The position numbers and the translations under genes are program-made. A stretch of DNA of 64,000 nt. It comes from a virus. Shown in pieces: positions 30,011 to 38,513 of the stretch. The stretch is taken from the IMG/VR virus record IMGVR_UViG_3300000228_000004, positions 46,524 through 110,523 of that record; one strand, 5' to 3'. The first letter of the stretch is position 1, and the number at the start of each line of letters is the position of its first letter. The notes under the pieces are model-generated. The model had not been told where the DNA came from. It did no database searches and saw only the letters and a program-made list of their open reading frames with translations.

Positions 30011-30725
30011 AATAGCCCCTCTCGTATTTATCTATAACGCATAAAACCAACTGTATTAGACTATTTACTTTTAAGAAATTATCATTATCCTTTTCCCTTG
30101 AGTTCCCTCGGTTTTTTAGATATGTTCTTTTATTGAGCTCTATCATTATACTCTTGACCCTTTTGTCACCAGAAAACTCTTCTGGTAAAATTGAGCCAGA
30201 ATAAGGTTCATTAACGCCGACTGAGTAACCATTTGAAATAATCAACTCACTTATTTCAGAAACGAGTTCTTTCGGTGTATTGTACTCAGTAACCCCTATA
30301 CAAAAATCTATGGGGGACTCTTCAGAATAAAAACTATGGCAATCTACTATACAAACAACGTCGAAATAACACAATGACATGTGTATAGAAGAAAGTAGTG
30401 ATTGATGGTGTGGAATATAAATATCCGAAATTATTCTTGACTTCGTAGCTAAGAATTCACTCACTTTATCATCTCTTACAGTGTTTCCAAATATATCTTG
30501 GGTATAGACTATCCCCATACCCTTTTTATACATATCCTCTTTTTCATCATAGTATCTTTCGACATCACAATAAAACCTTGAAAATTCGAATTGATGTCTC
30601 GTTGAATGCTCATGGGTAAAAAGTTCATCAGTGTACCAGTCAGTTTGAATAGTCATCGCTAGTTCATCAACTAATAATTTCGTGTCAGGGATTGTGTGGG
30701 ATGAATGTGGTATATGCAAAATCAT
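29997..30725 (-). CDS. N-formylglutamate amidohydrolase
   Basis: LHIPH, TDWYTDELF, SRFYCDVER, DCHSF, NEPYSG, MIELNKRTY. Confidence 0.85.
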   Translation of the reverse strand: MILHIPHSSHTIPDTKLLVDELAMTIQTDWYTDELFTHEHSTRHQFEFSRFYCDVERYYDEKEDMYKKGMGIVYTQDIFGNTVRDDKVSEFLATKSRIISDIYIPHHQSLLSSIHMSLCYFDVVCIVDCHSFYSEESPIDFCIGVTEYNTPKELVSEISELIISNGYSVGVNEPYSGSILPEEFSGDKRVKSIMIELNKRTYLKNRGNSREKDNDNFLKVNSLIQLVLCVIDKYERGYYGDI

Positions 30726-30767
30726 ATTATACCTTTCAATTTTATATTTCGGTATTTGAAAACTTAT

Positions 30768-30791
30768 CTGAGTACTCCGAAGAGTACTCAG
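30768..30791. terminator. hairpin, probable terminator
   Basis: ctgagtactc-cgaa-gagtactcag perfect 10-bp stem (TTCG loop on the minus strand) after the porin gene. Confidence 0.6.
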
Positions 30792-30797
30792 TAAATC

Positions 30798-31358
30798 TTA
30801 AAACTTATAGTTCAAACCAAGCGTAACCGTATCGGCTTGAAATTCATCATTTCTAGTATAGTCAACGAATACTTCAGTACCGAAAGCGAACGGAGTACTT
30901 ACACCAGCGCCATAAACAAGACCAGCATTATCACCAAAATCTACATTATCAGTCATAACATCACCGTAACCAACTAGACCATAAACAGATGCGCCATCTA
31001 GATCATATGCAGGTTTTACGAAACCTGTTAATGTAGCAACGTCACCAAAATCATTAGCATCAGTCGAATACCTAACTTCAAGTGCAGTACTAAATCTCTC
31101 ATTTCTGTATGCTACCCATCCAGCTTGCACCCCAATTGTAGTTCTATCAAACCATTTAATGTTATCAAACTCTGTACCAGACGCTAGTGCTGTGTTAAGA
31201 CCGATATAAAAGTCTTGTTCCTGTACAACCACTTCTGATACCTGAATTGTTTCAACTGGCGCGATGTCTCCACCAGCTACTGCGTTTCCCGTGAATAAAA
31301 CAAAAACAGCACCAATTGCTACCAACATTCTTTTAACTTGTGTCATAATGACCCCCAT
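30798..31358 (-). CDS. outer-membrane beta-barrel (porin-family) protein, host-derived
   Basis: Signal peptide, AGGDIAPVE mature N-terminus, amphipathic strands, C-terminal YKF. Confidence 0.85.
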   Translation of the reverse strand: MGVIMTQVKRMLVAIGAVFVLFTGNAVAGGDIAPVETIQVSEVVVQEQDFYIGLNTALASGTEFDNIKWFDRTTIGVQAGWVAYRNERFSTALEVRYSTDANDFGDVATLTGFVKPAYDLDGASVYGLVGYGDVMTDNVDFGDNAGLVYGAGVSTPFAFGTEVFVDYTRNDEFQADTVTLGLNYKF

Positions 31359-31538
31359 TTTTATATTTTTTTACGGGAAACCCAACCTTCCGAGGAGAGG
31401 AACTCTATTCATTAATACATTAATATAAAGTATATGAAGTTATAACTTCATTTACTTAAAATAAACTTAATGACTCGTAACCTTACTTTCTTAAAATAAA
31501 AAACTTAACTCACCGCGTGGGTTACACCACTTATGGCT

Positions 31539-31796
31539 CTATATTACGGGAAGTAGTGTTAATTTTCTTGTTTTAAACGGTAACTTTCTAGTAAGTACCT
31601 TCACTTTCTCTTTCGCCATTGATAAAGAAACTCCTACTCTTCCGGACATATCGAGGTCTTCAGGGTAAATACTGTGCGCTTCACCCGTAACTTGGACACC
31701 ATTTTTTAAAGTTAGTACGCAAATAGTTAATGTATCACCGACGCTGAAATATTTTTCTGATATAATCACTTGCTCAACCATTTCATTAGTCACCAT
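31539..31796 (-). CDS. Gp49/Sf6-66 family (Tad1-like) protein with frameshifted C-terminus
   Basis: TLTICVLTLKNG..VTGE; removing a TACT duplication near 31591-31598 restores ...EKVKVLESYRLKQEN*. Confidence 0.65.
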   Translation of the reverse strand: MVTNEMVEQVIISEKYFSVGDTLTICVLTLKNGVQVTGEAHSIYPEDLDMSGRVGVSLSMAKEKVKVLTRKLPFKTRKLTLLPVI

Positions 31797-31800
31797 GGTA

Positions 31801-33297
31801 TCACTCCCCTAAAGAAATAGCTTCTATTTCTTTTATAAGTGCATTTTTATCTTCCCATATTTTAGGGATTACTGATAACATATTTTCTGAAAACCCAGCA
31901 ACTTCTAAAACATCATGAGAAAGCTTCATTGGGGTCGCGCCACCATACCCCTGAAGGTTCCAAAATAGGAATTTTGTGTTCGGGCTTAATTTTTTGTAAT
32001 CAGTAACCATATCTCTAAAAGGTTTTCCGTGCCCGACTTGATTTTCTTGCATATCGGTGAATATCACAATCTTATCAACTTTGGTTTTTGTTTTTATCAA
32101 ATCAGTCATAGCCCCACCAAGGTCTGTACCGCCACCTTTGGTAATAGTCATTCTGATGAACTCCATAGGTGAACCATCTATTGAAATTTGTCTCGAATTG
32201 TCCGCCCAAAGATAAGCCAATGTTTTCTCTTTATCTAACCCACATAACATAGAAGCCATTAAAGTTTTACCAATCATAAACGGTGAAACTTTTTTGTATT
32301 CACATCCCATTGAACCAGATTCATCTAATAGGATGGCTACAGATTCACCTTCTTCGACAATTGGTATATTTTTTGAAGAGTATATGAACCCTTGTTCTAT
32401 AGCCTTCAAAAGTTTTTTATGTCTAAACATATCAATAGAATTTATGATTCTAACCTCATTATATGCGTACACGAATCTAAAAGGGAGTAATTTAGAATTT
32501 AACACGGCTTTTTCAGATGACAATAATTCACATAACATACCGAATGCTTCATCATCTATACCAGATTCAACCATATTCTTGATGTTCTTCAATGCAGCCA
32601 TATACCCCAATTTTCTTTCTGAAAGCATTGACTTGTAGAGAATAGCTCTTTCTTCACCAGTTGAACTAGCATTAACAGTTTGCGCAGTATTGATATTAGG
32701 GAGTTTGTTCTCTAACGCCATTTTAAACATCAATCGTTGTTCATCGTCTTTAGGTGTTGGGTGGGATATATTCACTAAATTGGAAACTTTCACAGAACCA
32801 TTACCAAAATACTTTTTCAGCTGATACGAGCCCCACTTTGTTTCCAAGGAAATCTTCACTGCTTTTCTTAGAGAGTTCGGGATCATCATATCTGGGTTTC
32901 TTGAATTCCATAACGCGACCATCTCAATCGCGTCATCTGGTCTAAGCATCGTTTTGTCTAACGCGTGCTTCATAAATGTTTCGCCTTTTACATTTTCCGC
33001 TAAAATGGTTCCAATAAAATGAGAAATAGAACGCAAATTACCAACTGTTCTAGCATAAACCATAGATTTGGCTAGAAATTCTGCGTGTTCTGGGTTATTA
33101 GTGATATACCCTTCAATTTTATCTAATCTTTCTTTTTCAGTTTCGTAAAACGAATCAGTTCCATTTAACATAGAATTGAGTATCACGGAAACAACTTCAC
33201 CTTTGAAATTATCCCTAGAGAATCCTGACATACCTGAATAATTCACATCATCACGGTTTTTTGGGTTTGTTTTGATTTTTAAATTGAATTTTGACAT
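31801..33297 (-). CDS. rsr: Ro60/TROVE-domain RNA-binding protein with vWA domain
   Basis: FYE, YAR..GNLRS, RPDD, YQLKKY, HPTP, LGYMAALKN, SKLLPFRF..AY, DESGSM MIDAS, GGTD, IFTDMQ. Confidence 0.93.
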   Translation of the reverse strand: MSKFNLKIKTNPKNRDDVNYSGMSGFSRDNFKGEVVSVILNSMLNGTDSFYETEKERLDKIEGYITNNPEHAEFLAKSMVYARTVGNLRSISHFIGTILAENVKGETFMKHALDKTMLRPDDAIEMVALWNSRNPDMMIPNSLRKAVKISLETKWGSYQLKKYFGNGSVKVSNLVNISHPTPKDDEQRLMFKMALENKLPNINTAQTVNASSTGEERAILYKSMLSERKLGYMAALKNIKNMVESGIDDEAFGMLCELLSSEKAVLNSKLLPFRFVYAYNEVRIINSIDMFRHKKLLKAIEQGFIYSSKNIPIVEEGESVAILLDESGSMGCEYKKVSPFMIGKTLMASMLCGLDKEKTLAYLWADNSRQISIDGSPMEFIRMTITKGGGTDLGGAMTDLIKTKTKVDKIVIFTDMQENQVGHGKPFRDMVTDYKKLSPNTKFLFWNLQGYGGATPMKLSHDVLEVAGFSENMLSVIPKIWEDKNALIKEIEAISLGE

Positions 33298-33358
33298 TAT
33301 TTTACCTTAGTTCTAATTGAGTATTAGACGATTGAAATCGCACCGCATTGTCGGACGA

Positions 33359-33539
33359 ATGAGTTTTTTAATTATTGTTAATATGGATGAAATTGAAAAA
33401 GAGTATTTTTTGCGTCCTACCATTAGACGACCTCACTTCTCGAAGATAGCGAGGGAAGGATTCGAACCAACATTTCATGCTCCCAATGCGATGTAATCTT
33501 TCCCTGTAATCCCATATTAACAATAATTAAAAAACTCAT
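33359..33539 (-). ncRNA. yrlA: Y RNA-like element 1 (YrlA-like, permuted tRNA domain)
   Basis: 28-bp perfect terminal stem; inside, T-arm GGTTCGAATCC, closed acceptor-like stem, then D-arm GTCTAATGGTAGGAC. Confidence 0.8.
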
Positions 33540-33659
33540 CTTTAAATAGATGAAATCGACTAAGAAGGTTAGAGCGGTGGTCAACACGGTGAATATAACT
33601 CTTATTATTTTCAAGTAATGATGTATTCTTAGTCTGTAATTCTATTTAAAGATGAGTTT
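33532..33659 (-). ncRNA. Y RNA-like element 2
   Basis: 19-bp perfect terminal stem and the shared ATTACAG..AGAATACATC / GTCGATTTCATC motif. Confidence 0.7.
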
Positions 33660-33661
33660 GG

Positions 33662-33903
33662 TATCAAAAGTTGAGATGAAAGCATTAAAGAGTTGACTCC
33701 TGGAAGCCTTTTAACCGAGTGAATTACCAATTCGGCGATTCTCTTTTACCCAAGAGAACAGGGGTATCTACCCATTTATCCGCCAATCTGTCCGCTTCAA
33801 CCTATTTCAAATGAAGAGCGATTTAGCAACGCTAACAGATACAGCCCAACGCGTTTCTCTTAATTAATGATGTAATCTTTAACTGTAATTCTCACTTTTG
33901 ATA
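33662..33903 (-). ncRNA. Y RNA-like element 3 (large multi-hairpin domain with degenerate T/AS/D module)
   Basis: Shared stem motif; GGGTAGATACCC, TTCTCTT..AAGAGAA, GCCGAATTGGTA. Confidence 0.7.
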
Positions 33904-33926
33904 TTTAAAGAACATAGAGCATATGC

Positions 33927-34010
33927 TCAAAAAAGAAAGATAAAATCGACAGAGAGCAGTTTAATTCAATATTGTGATGTAATCTCTGGCTGTAATTCTT
34001 TCTTTTTTGA
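33927..34010 (-). ncRNA. Y RNA-like element 4 (minimal)
   Basis: 14-bp perfect terminal stem, shared motif, about 20-nt loop. Confidence 0.7.
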
Positions 34011-34022
34011 ACTTATGTAATA

Positions 34023-34054
34023 ATTATATAGTTTTAAACTTAAAATTAACTTAA
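34023..34054 (-). promoter_or_regulatory. promoter of the Y-RNA/Ro60 operon
   Basis: TTAAGTTAATTTTAAGTTTAAAACTATATAAT, about 12 nt upstream of element 4. Confidence 0.6.
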
Positions 34055-34220
34055 TTAATTGTGGTCGGGTGGTATTGAACCGACTGGTCTATATGCGCGA
34101 AATGAAAACCTTCAAAGCACCTACACAATTCCAACATTCAATAAATACCGTATTTGATTAATTATTTAATCACCTTATTATGTATACAAGTAGTATACCT
34201 AACTTTCACTTAAAAACACC

Positions 34221-34427
34221 TTAAATCCAAACCTTTTTAAAAATGTTCTTCATTTTTTTAAACAAATCTGGGGTATTGAAGTCTGTTCGATATTCAACCC
34301 CTATTTTATTCTCGCTCAAACCAACTTCAAAGTCAGATTTTTTCATAGAACTTTCGTTTATTATTTTTTCAGTATCGAATATTTCTGATAATTGAGAACC
34401 TTTTATATTCAGGGTATGTTTTTTCAT
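34221..34427 (-). CDS. hypothetical protein
   Basis: Overlaps the groEL stop codon. Confidence 0.45.
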   Translation of the reverse strand: MKKHTLNIKGSQLSEIFDTEKIINESSMKKSDFEVGLSENKIGVEYRTDFNTPDLFKKMKNIFKKVWI

Positions 34428-36031
34428 GCCTTATCCTCAAATATAGCAACTTCTGTTGTTAATAACATACCAGCAATAGAACTAGCATTAATAAGGGCAA
34501 TTCTTTCGACCTTCAATGGGTCAATGACCCCTGAGTCAAAAAAGTTTTCAATTTTCCCAGTAGAAGCATTAAAACCGTACTCCCACTGATTTTCGCCCCC
34601 GTAATCCATAACATCTGAAGATATATCCAATATTTCATCATAAGAATATCCAGCATTATCTAAAATCGTTTTGAAAGGGGATAATATAGATTCAAATATG
34701 ACTTGTTTCCCTCTTTCTTCATCTGAAAGTTCTCTTTCTAATGACCCTAAACCATCCATTAGGGACAATGAAGCATGGAAGAACGCGCTACCTCCCCCAA
34801 CTACTATCCCCTCTGAAATTGCCGATTTAGTGGCTTCAACGGCATCATCAAATCTATCTTTTTTCTCTGACATTTCAAATTCTGTTTGCGCGCCAACTTT
34901 TATGGTCGCAGCCCCTCCAGATAATCTAGAAATCCTTGTTTTTATTTGGTTTTTGAGTTCCCCATCATCCATATTCTGAACTTGAAGTTTGAGACCATCA
35001 ATCGTCAAATTTATGATTTCTTTATCTCCGCCACCATTCACTATAACGGTGCTCTGTGAATTTATGATAACCTTCTTAGCCTGCCCTAGATCATTTAAAT
35101 CAACTGATGCTAGAACTTTACCAGAACTATCGGAAACCAACGAAGCCCCTGTGGTTAAACAAATATCTTTCAAGAGTTCTTCTTTCATAGAACCAAAACC
35201 AGGAGCTTTCACGGGGTACACTTCGAGTATCCCCCTCATTTTATTGACTACGATAGATGAAAGAGCTTCGCCCTCTATCTCGTCAGCTATGATAAGCAAA
35301 GGTCTTTGGGTTTTCTGAACCTTTTCTAGTATAGGGAGAATATTTATCAATTGTGAAATCTTTCCGTCGGTCACTAAAATGAACGGGTCTTCAAGTTCGG
35401 CTCTGTTTCTTTCTTGGTTAGTGATGAAATGTGGGGAAAGAAACCCTCTTCTAAATTCCATTCCTTCCGTTATTACGAGCTCATCTTTAACCCCAGTGTT
35501 TTCTTCAACTGTTATAATACCATCTTTCCCGACTGCTAGGATGGCGTCAGAAATTATTTTTCCTATTTCAATATCACCATTCGCGGATATAGTAGCAACA
35601 TTGATAATATCCCCATCTTTTATTTCTCTTGATTTTTCTATTATGAAATTTATGACATCTTTAACCGCTTGATCCATCCCTCTTTTCAATGAATTTGGGT
35701 CTACTCCTTCATCAACCGCACTTAAACCATTTTTGAAAATTTCATTGACGAGCACAGTAGATGTAGTTGTCCCATCACCAGCTTCGAACGCGGTATTTGA
35801 GGAAACCTCTTTCACGATTTGGGCACCCATGTCTTGTAGTTTATCTTTTAAAAAAACTTGTTGGGCGACACTGACCCCATCTTTCGTGAGGTATGGTCTT
35901 TTCCCTTCTTCGTGGATGAGTACATTTCTCCCTTTCGGACCCATAGTTACTTTAACCGCGTCACAAAGGCTTTCTATACCCTGAGCTATTTTATTCCTAG
36001 CACTTTCCCCGAAAACTATTTCTTTAGACAT
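34424..36031 (-). CDS. groEL: chaperonin GroEL
   Basis: VKVTMGPKGRNV, TKDGVSVA, AGDGTTT, KAPGFG, GVIDPLKV; no GGM tail. Confidence 0.97.
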   Translation of the reverse strand: MSKEIVFGESARNKIAQGIESLCDAVKVTMGPKGRNVLIHEEGKRPYLTKDGVSVAQQVFLKDKLQDMGAQIVKEVSSNTAFEAGDGTTTSTVLVNEIFKNGLSAVDEGVDPNSLKRGMDQAVKDVINFIIEKSREIKDGDIINVATISANGDIEIGKIISDAILAVGKDGIITVEENTGVKDELVITEGMEFRRGFLSPHFITNQERNRAELEDPFILVTDGKISQLINILPILEKVQKTQRPLLIIADEIEGEALSSIVVNKMRGILEVYPVKAPGFGSMKEELLKDICLTTGASLVSDSSGKVLASVDLNDLGQAKKVIINSQSTVIVNGGGDKEIINLTIDGLKLQVQNMDDGELKNQIKTRISRLSGGAATIKVGAQTEFEMSEKKDRFDDAVEATKSAISEGIVVGGGSAFFHASLSLMDGLGSLERELSDEERGKQVIFESILSPFKTILDNAGYSYDEILDISSDVMDYGGENQWEYGFNASTGKIENFFDSGVIDPLKVERIALINASSIAGMLLTTEVAIFEDKA

Positions 36032-36305
36032 TCTCTAACACCCCTAATATATTAATTTCTTGAAGAATAACGATCTCTTCACCTTCTACCGTGATCTTAT
36101 GCCCACCGTGCGTTTCATAATAAATCTCATCACCGACTTTCACTTTAGTGACTTCGTCCCCGATTGATAAAATAGTTGCTTTTGTGGTTTTTTCAGTACC
36201 TGAATTAGAGCTTTCTGTTTGAAGAACAATACCAGATTCAGTGATACTTTCTTTTTCGAAAGTCTGTGCTTTAATAATTACTCTGTTACCAATTGGTTTT
36301 ATCAT
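36024..36305 (-). CDS. groES: co-chaperonin GroES
   Basis: IKPIGNRVII, TESGIVL, VKVGD. Confidence 0.93.
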   Translation of the reverse strand: MIKPIGNRVIIKAQTFEKESITESGIVLQTESSNSGTEKTTKATILSIGDEVTKVKVGDEIYYETHGGHKITVEGEEIVILQEINILGVLENV

Positions 36306-36556
36306 ATAAACTCCTCGTTGTGTGAGTTTATTATACCATTAATACCTTAATTGTAACTTAACAATACGAGAACGATAAATGGGGGATTAAAATGCGGGAA
36401 TATATTTATTCATCAATTGTGAAATAAACTCTATATAAATCTTTTTGAAGATCTCTAAGAATCAATTAGGTGAAAGTTCCTTAAGTGAACCACCTGGACC
36501 AATATCGTGATATTGTTTCTCTTTAAACAAATCCATAGAATTCATCCCTTTTATTC

Positions 36557-36644
36557 TGGTGCACCCACTCGGACTCGAACCGAGACTCTCTTTCGAGAAG
36601 TGGATTTTAAGTCCACTGCGGCTACCTGATTACGCCATGAGTGC
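36557..36644 (-). tRNA. tRNA-Leu(TAA)
   Basis: Cloverleaf with long variable arm, GTGGA-CTTAAAA-TCCAC, CCA end. Confidence 0.92.
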
Positions 36645-36976
36645 ATAGTAACTTTCACATTGATTGGTATTCTTTTCTATGCCCAAATACCTTGTAAAAT
36701 GTAAGTATGTTCTATGGGCAACTTACAAGTTTTTGAAAATTATACTTTACTAACCTACTTATCAGTATTTGCAACTACTTCAAAGCGTAACCACACAGGA
36801 GTCCAGGACAGGTTTATTTTTTCAGTGTCTATTCAAACACTCTGCTCTTGATATTACAGGTATAATTTTTATTTTAAGAGTTTTATCTCTTGAGTCTGAT
36901 AGTGTTTGGGTATAAACCCCTCTCGCATAACTCATAAAAATCTTCAATGGAAACTTTTATGAATTATTTTTAATTT

Positions 36977-37051
36977 TGGTTGCTCGTTGTGGATTTGAAC
37001 CACATTATAAGAGCTTATGAGACTCCCCCAGATACCTACCTGCCACCAGCT
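36977..37051 (-). tRNA. tRNA-Met(CAT), initiator-like or degenerate
   Basis: CTCATAA loop, GGTTCAAATCC T-arm, CCA; 1:72 mismatch plus one internal acceptor mismatch. Confidence 0.65.
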
Positions 37052-37297
37052 ATAATATAATCTAACTTTAGTTTCCTGTTACACTCAGTATTTAGACCAA
37101 GTTCAGTGGTATTTCAACCATTGTTAGATGTTGTTCTCAATTTTCTCGAGTATTCGCGTTACCTACATGATACGAAATAAATCACGATTGTTTTTGATTT
37201 ACAACAAACCTTTAACACTTGAAACACCTATGTGATAGAAATATTCTGTAGTATAATAGGCGTTTCAAGTACTAAATTGTTTGAACTTCATATTTTT

Positions 37298-37372
37298 TGG
37301 TTGGTCGTATAGGATTCGAACCTACAACCATTCCGTTATGAGCGGAATGCTCTACCATTGAGCTAACGACCA
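37298..37372 (-). tRNA. tRNA-Met/Ile2(CAT)
   Basis: Clean cloverleaf, TTCCG-CTCATAA-CGGAA, CCA. Confidence 0.92.
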
Positions 37373-37410
37373 ATAAACACCAAGGTTCTTTTATATAGCG
37401 TCGTCTTGGT

Positions 37411-37713
37411 TTACCAACGCTGTTTATTTTTATAATTTTTTTCTGCTATTTCTAATTTACCGTAAAACTCTTCATTATCTTTTTCTAGATTTATATTAAT
37501 GATATGGTATCGTAAATTACCAATATATTCTAATACTTTTTCCTTACTTTGATTAATAAGCACTTGCTCTAATTCTAGTAACTTGTTTTGTTTATCTTTT
37601 TCATATCTTTTCTTTTCAAGAAGAAAAAATAATATGAATAGTGAAGAAGAAGCCACTAATATACCAGAAAAGTATAATAAAAATAAGTTTCCTGTTTGTA
37701 CTAAAATTCCCAT
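37411..37713 (-). CDS. hypothetical membrane-anchored protein
   Basis: N-terminal hydrophobic helix. Confidence 0.45.
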   Translation of the reverse strand: MGILVQTGNLFLLYFSGILVASSSLFILFFLLEKKRYEKDKQNKLLELEQVLINQSKEKVLEYIGNLRYHIININLEKDNEEFYGKLEIAEKNYKNKQRW

Positions 37714-37854
37714 ACATTTTCTTTCGTAATCAGATTTTTAAGTTTGTTAGTATTTTCTATGGTCAACTAACATTTTTTAAAAGACAAGTATATTCTATGC
37801 CCACCTTGTTTTCTGGGCAATAATTAAACTCTACATTCCGCACCAATTCAATCA

Positions 37855-37950
37855 TTAACTCCAAAAAAGCCTACAATACTCCAATCCTAAGATGCCTTGC
37901 GCAAGGTCTACGCAGGTTTGCCGGAGTGACTATAAGCTTTTTGGAATTAA
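37855..37950 (-). ncRNA. candidate hairpin-closed small RNA
   Basis: About 15-bp terminal inverted repeat around a GC-rich core; promoter at 37995-38027. Confidence 0.5.
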
Positions 37951-37994
37951 CAATGGGTGGTAAAATAACATAAGGTTTAATCCTTATATGTTAT

Positions 37995-38027
37995 ATTATA
38001 CCGTAAGTAAGCTTAAAACTCACTTAA
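37995..38027 (-). promoter_or_regulatory. early promoter
   Basis: TTAAGTGAGTTTTAAGCTTACTTACGGTATAAT. Confidence 0.8.
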
Positions 38028-38038
38028 ACTCGGTAATT

Positions 38039-38169
38039 AACAACTAAGTTTCATTAAGTTCTTTTTCCTTCCGAACGCTCACGGTTGCCCACACGGACAC
38101 ATACCTCTCTTGGGCATTACCTCGGTCTTACTTCTCAAGAGTATAAGAACTTAATGAAACTTAGTTGTT
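38039..38169 (-). ncRNA. candidate small RNA closed by a 25-bp perfect stem
   Basis: AACAACTAAGTTTCATTAAGTTCTT and its reverse complement; starts about 10 nt below a TATAAT. Confidence 0.6.
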
Positions 38170-38179
38170 TATTACTTAT

Positions 38180-38212
38180 ATTATACCCTAAGTAATCTTA
38201 AAGCTCACTTAA
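38180..38212 (-). promoter_or_regulatory. early promoter
   Basis: TTAAGTGAGCTTTAAGATTACTTAGGGTATAAT. Confidence 0.8.
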
Positions 38213-38236
38213 AATATTGTATATATTTCATAAAAA

Positions 38237-38314
38237 TAACTCTAAAAAATTATCTTGCCACGGTCATTATAGAGGCTTCGGAGGTTTTAACCTCTAGATA
38301 TTTTTTTAGAGTTA
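38237..38314 (-). ncRNA. candidate hairpin-closed small RNA
   Basis: TAACTCTAAAAAA.TATCT stem around a GC-richer core, immediately 3' of the tRNA-like RNA. Confidence 0.45.
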
Positions 38315-38315
38315 A

Positions 38316-38402
38316 TGGTGAGTCTGGGTGGAGTTGAACCACCATCTCCTTTTGGGAGCACACGCATTAAGATATCCTTTTACAGACACCCATTCTAGAC
38401 TC
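38316..38402 (-). ncRNA. tRNA-like RNA without a canonical anticodon arm
   Basis: Acceptor GAGTCT/AGACTC-ACCA, T-arm GGTGG-TTCAACT-CCACC, hairpin CTCC-CAAAA-GGAG; no 5-bp/7-nt anticodon arm. Confidence 0.6.
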
Positions 38403-38448
38403 ATAATTTACAGAACTTAAAGGTCTAATGCCACCATTTATATGTTAT

Positions 38449-38481
38449 ATTATACCGTAAGTAAGCTTAAAGCTCGCTTAA
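38449..38481 (-). promoter_or_regulatory. early promoter
   Basis: TTAAGCGAGCTTTAAGCTTACTTACGGTATAAT. Confidence 0.8.
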
Positions 38482-38513
38482 ATTTCAATAATATTGAATT
38501 TTCATGTAATAAT

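Noticed and set aside
33423-33614. 63-aa ORF upstream of Ro60, and ORFs 41390-41599 and 42178-42417
   Set aside because: They overlap structured RNA or tRNA genes and are likely spurious.
33359-34010. Four-unit array as a CRISPR array
   Set aside because: Units are 84-242 nt inverted-repeat-bounded structures with two-part motifs, not identical direct repeats with uniform spacers; no cas genes.
34058-34130. tRNA-like fragment (GGTTCAATACC...CGACCA on the minus strand)
   Set aside because: No convincing acceptor, D or anticodon stems.
38316-38402. tRNA-Sec or suppressor tRNA
   Set aside because: No TCA, CTA or TTA anticodon in a proper stem-loop; long genes read normally in code 11, so there is no sign of stop-codon reassignment.
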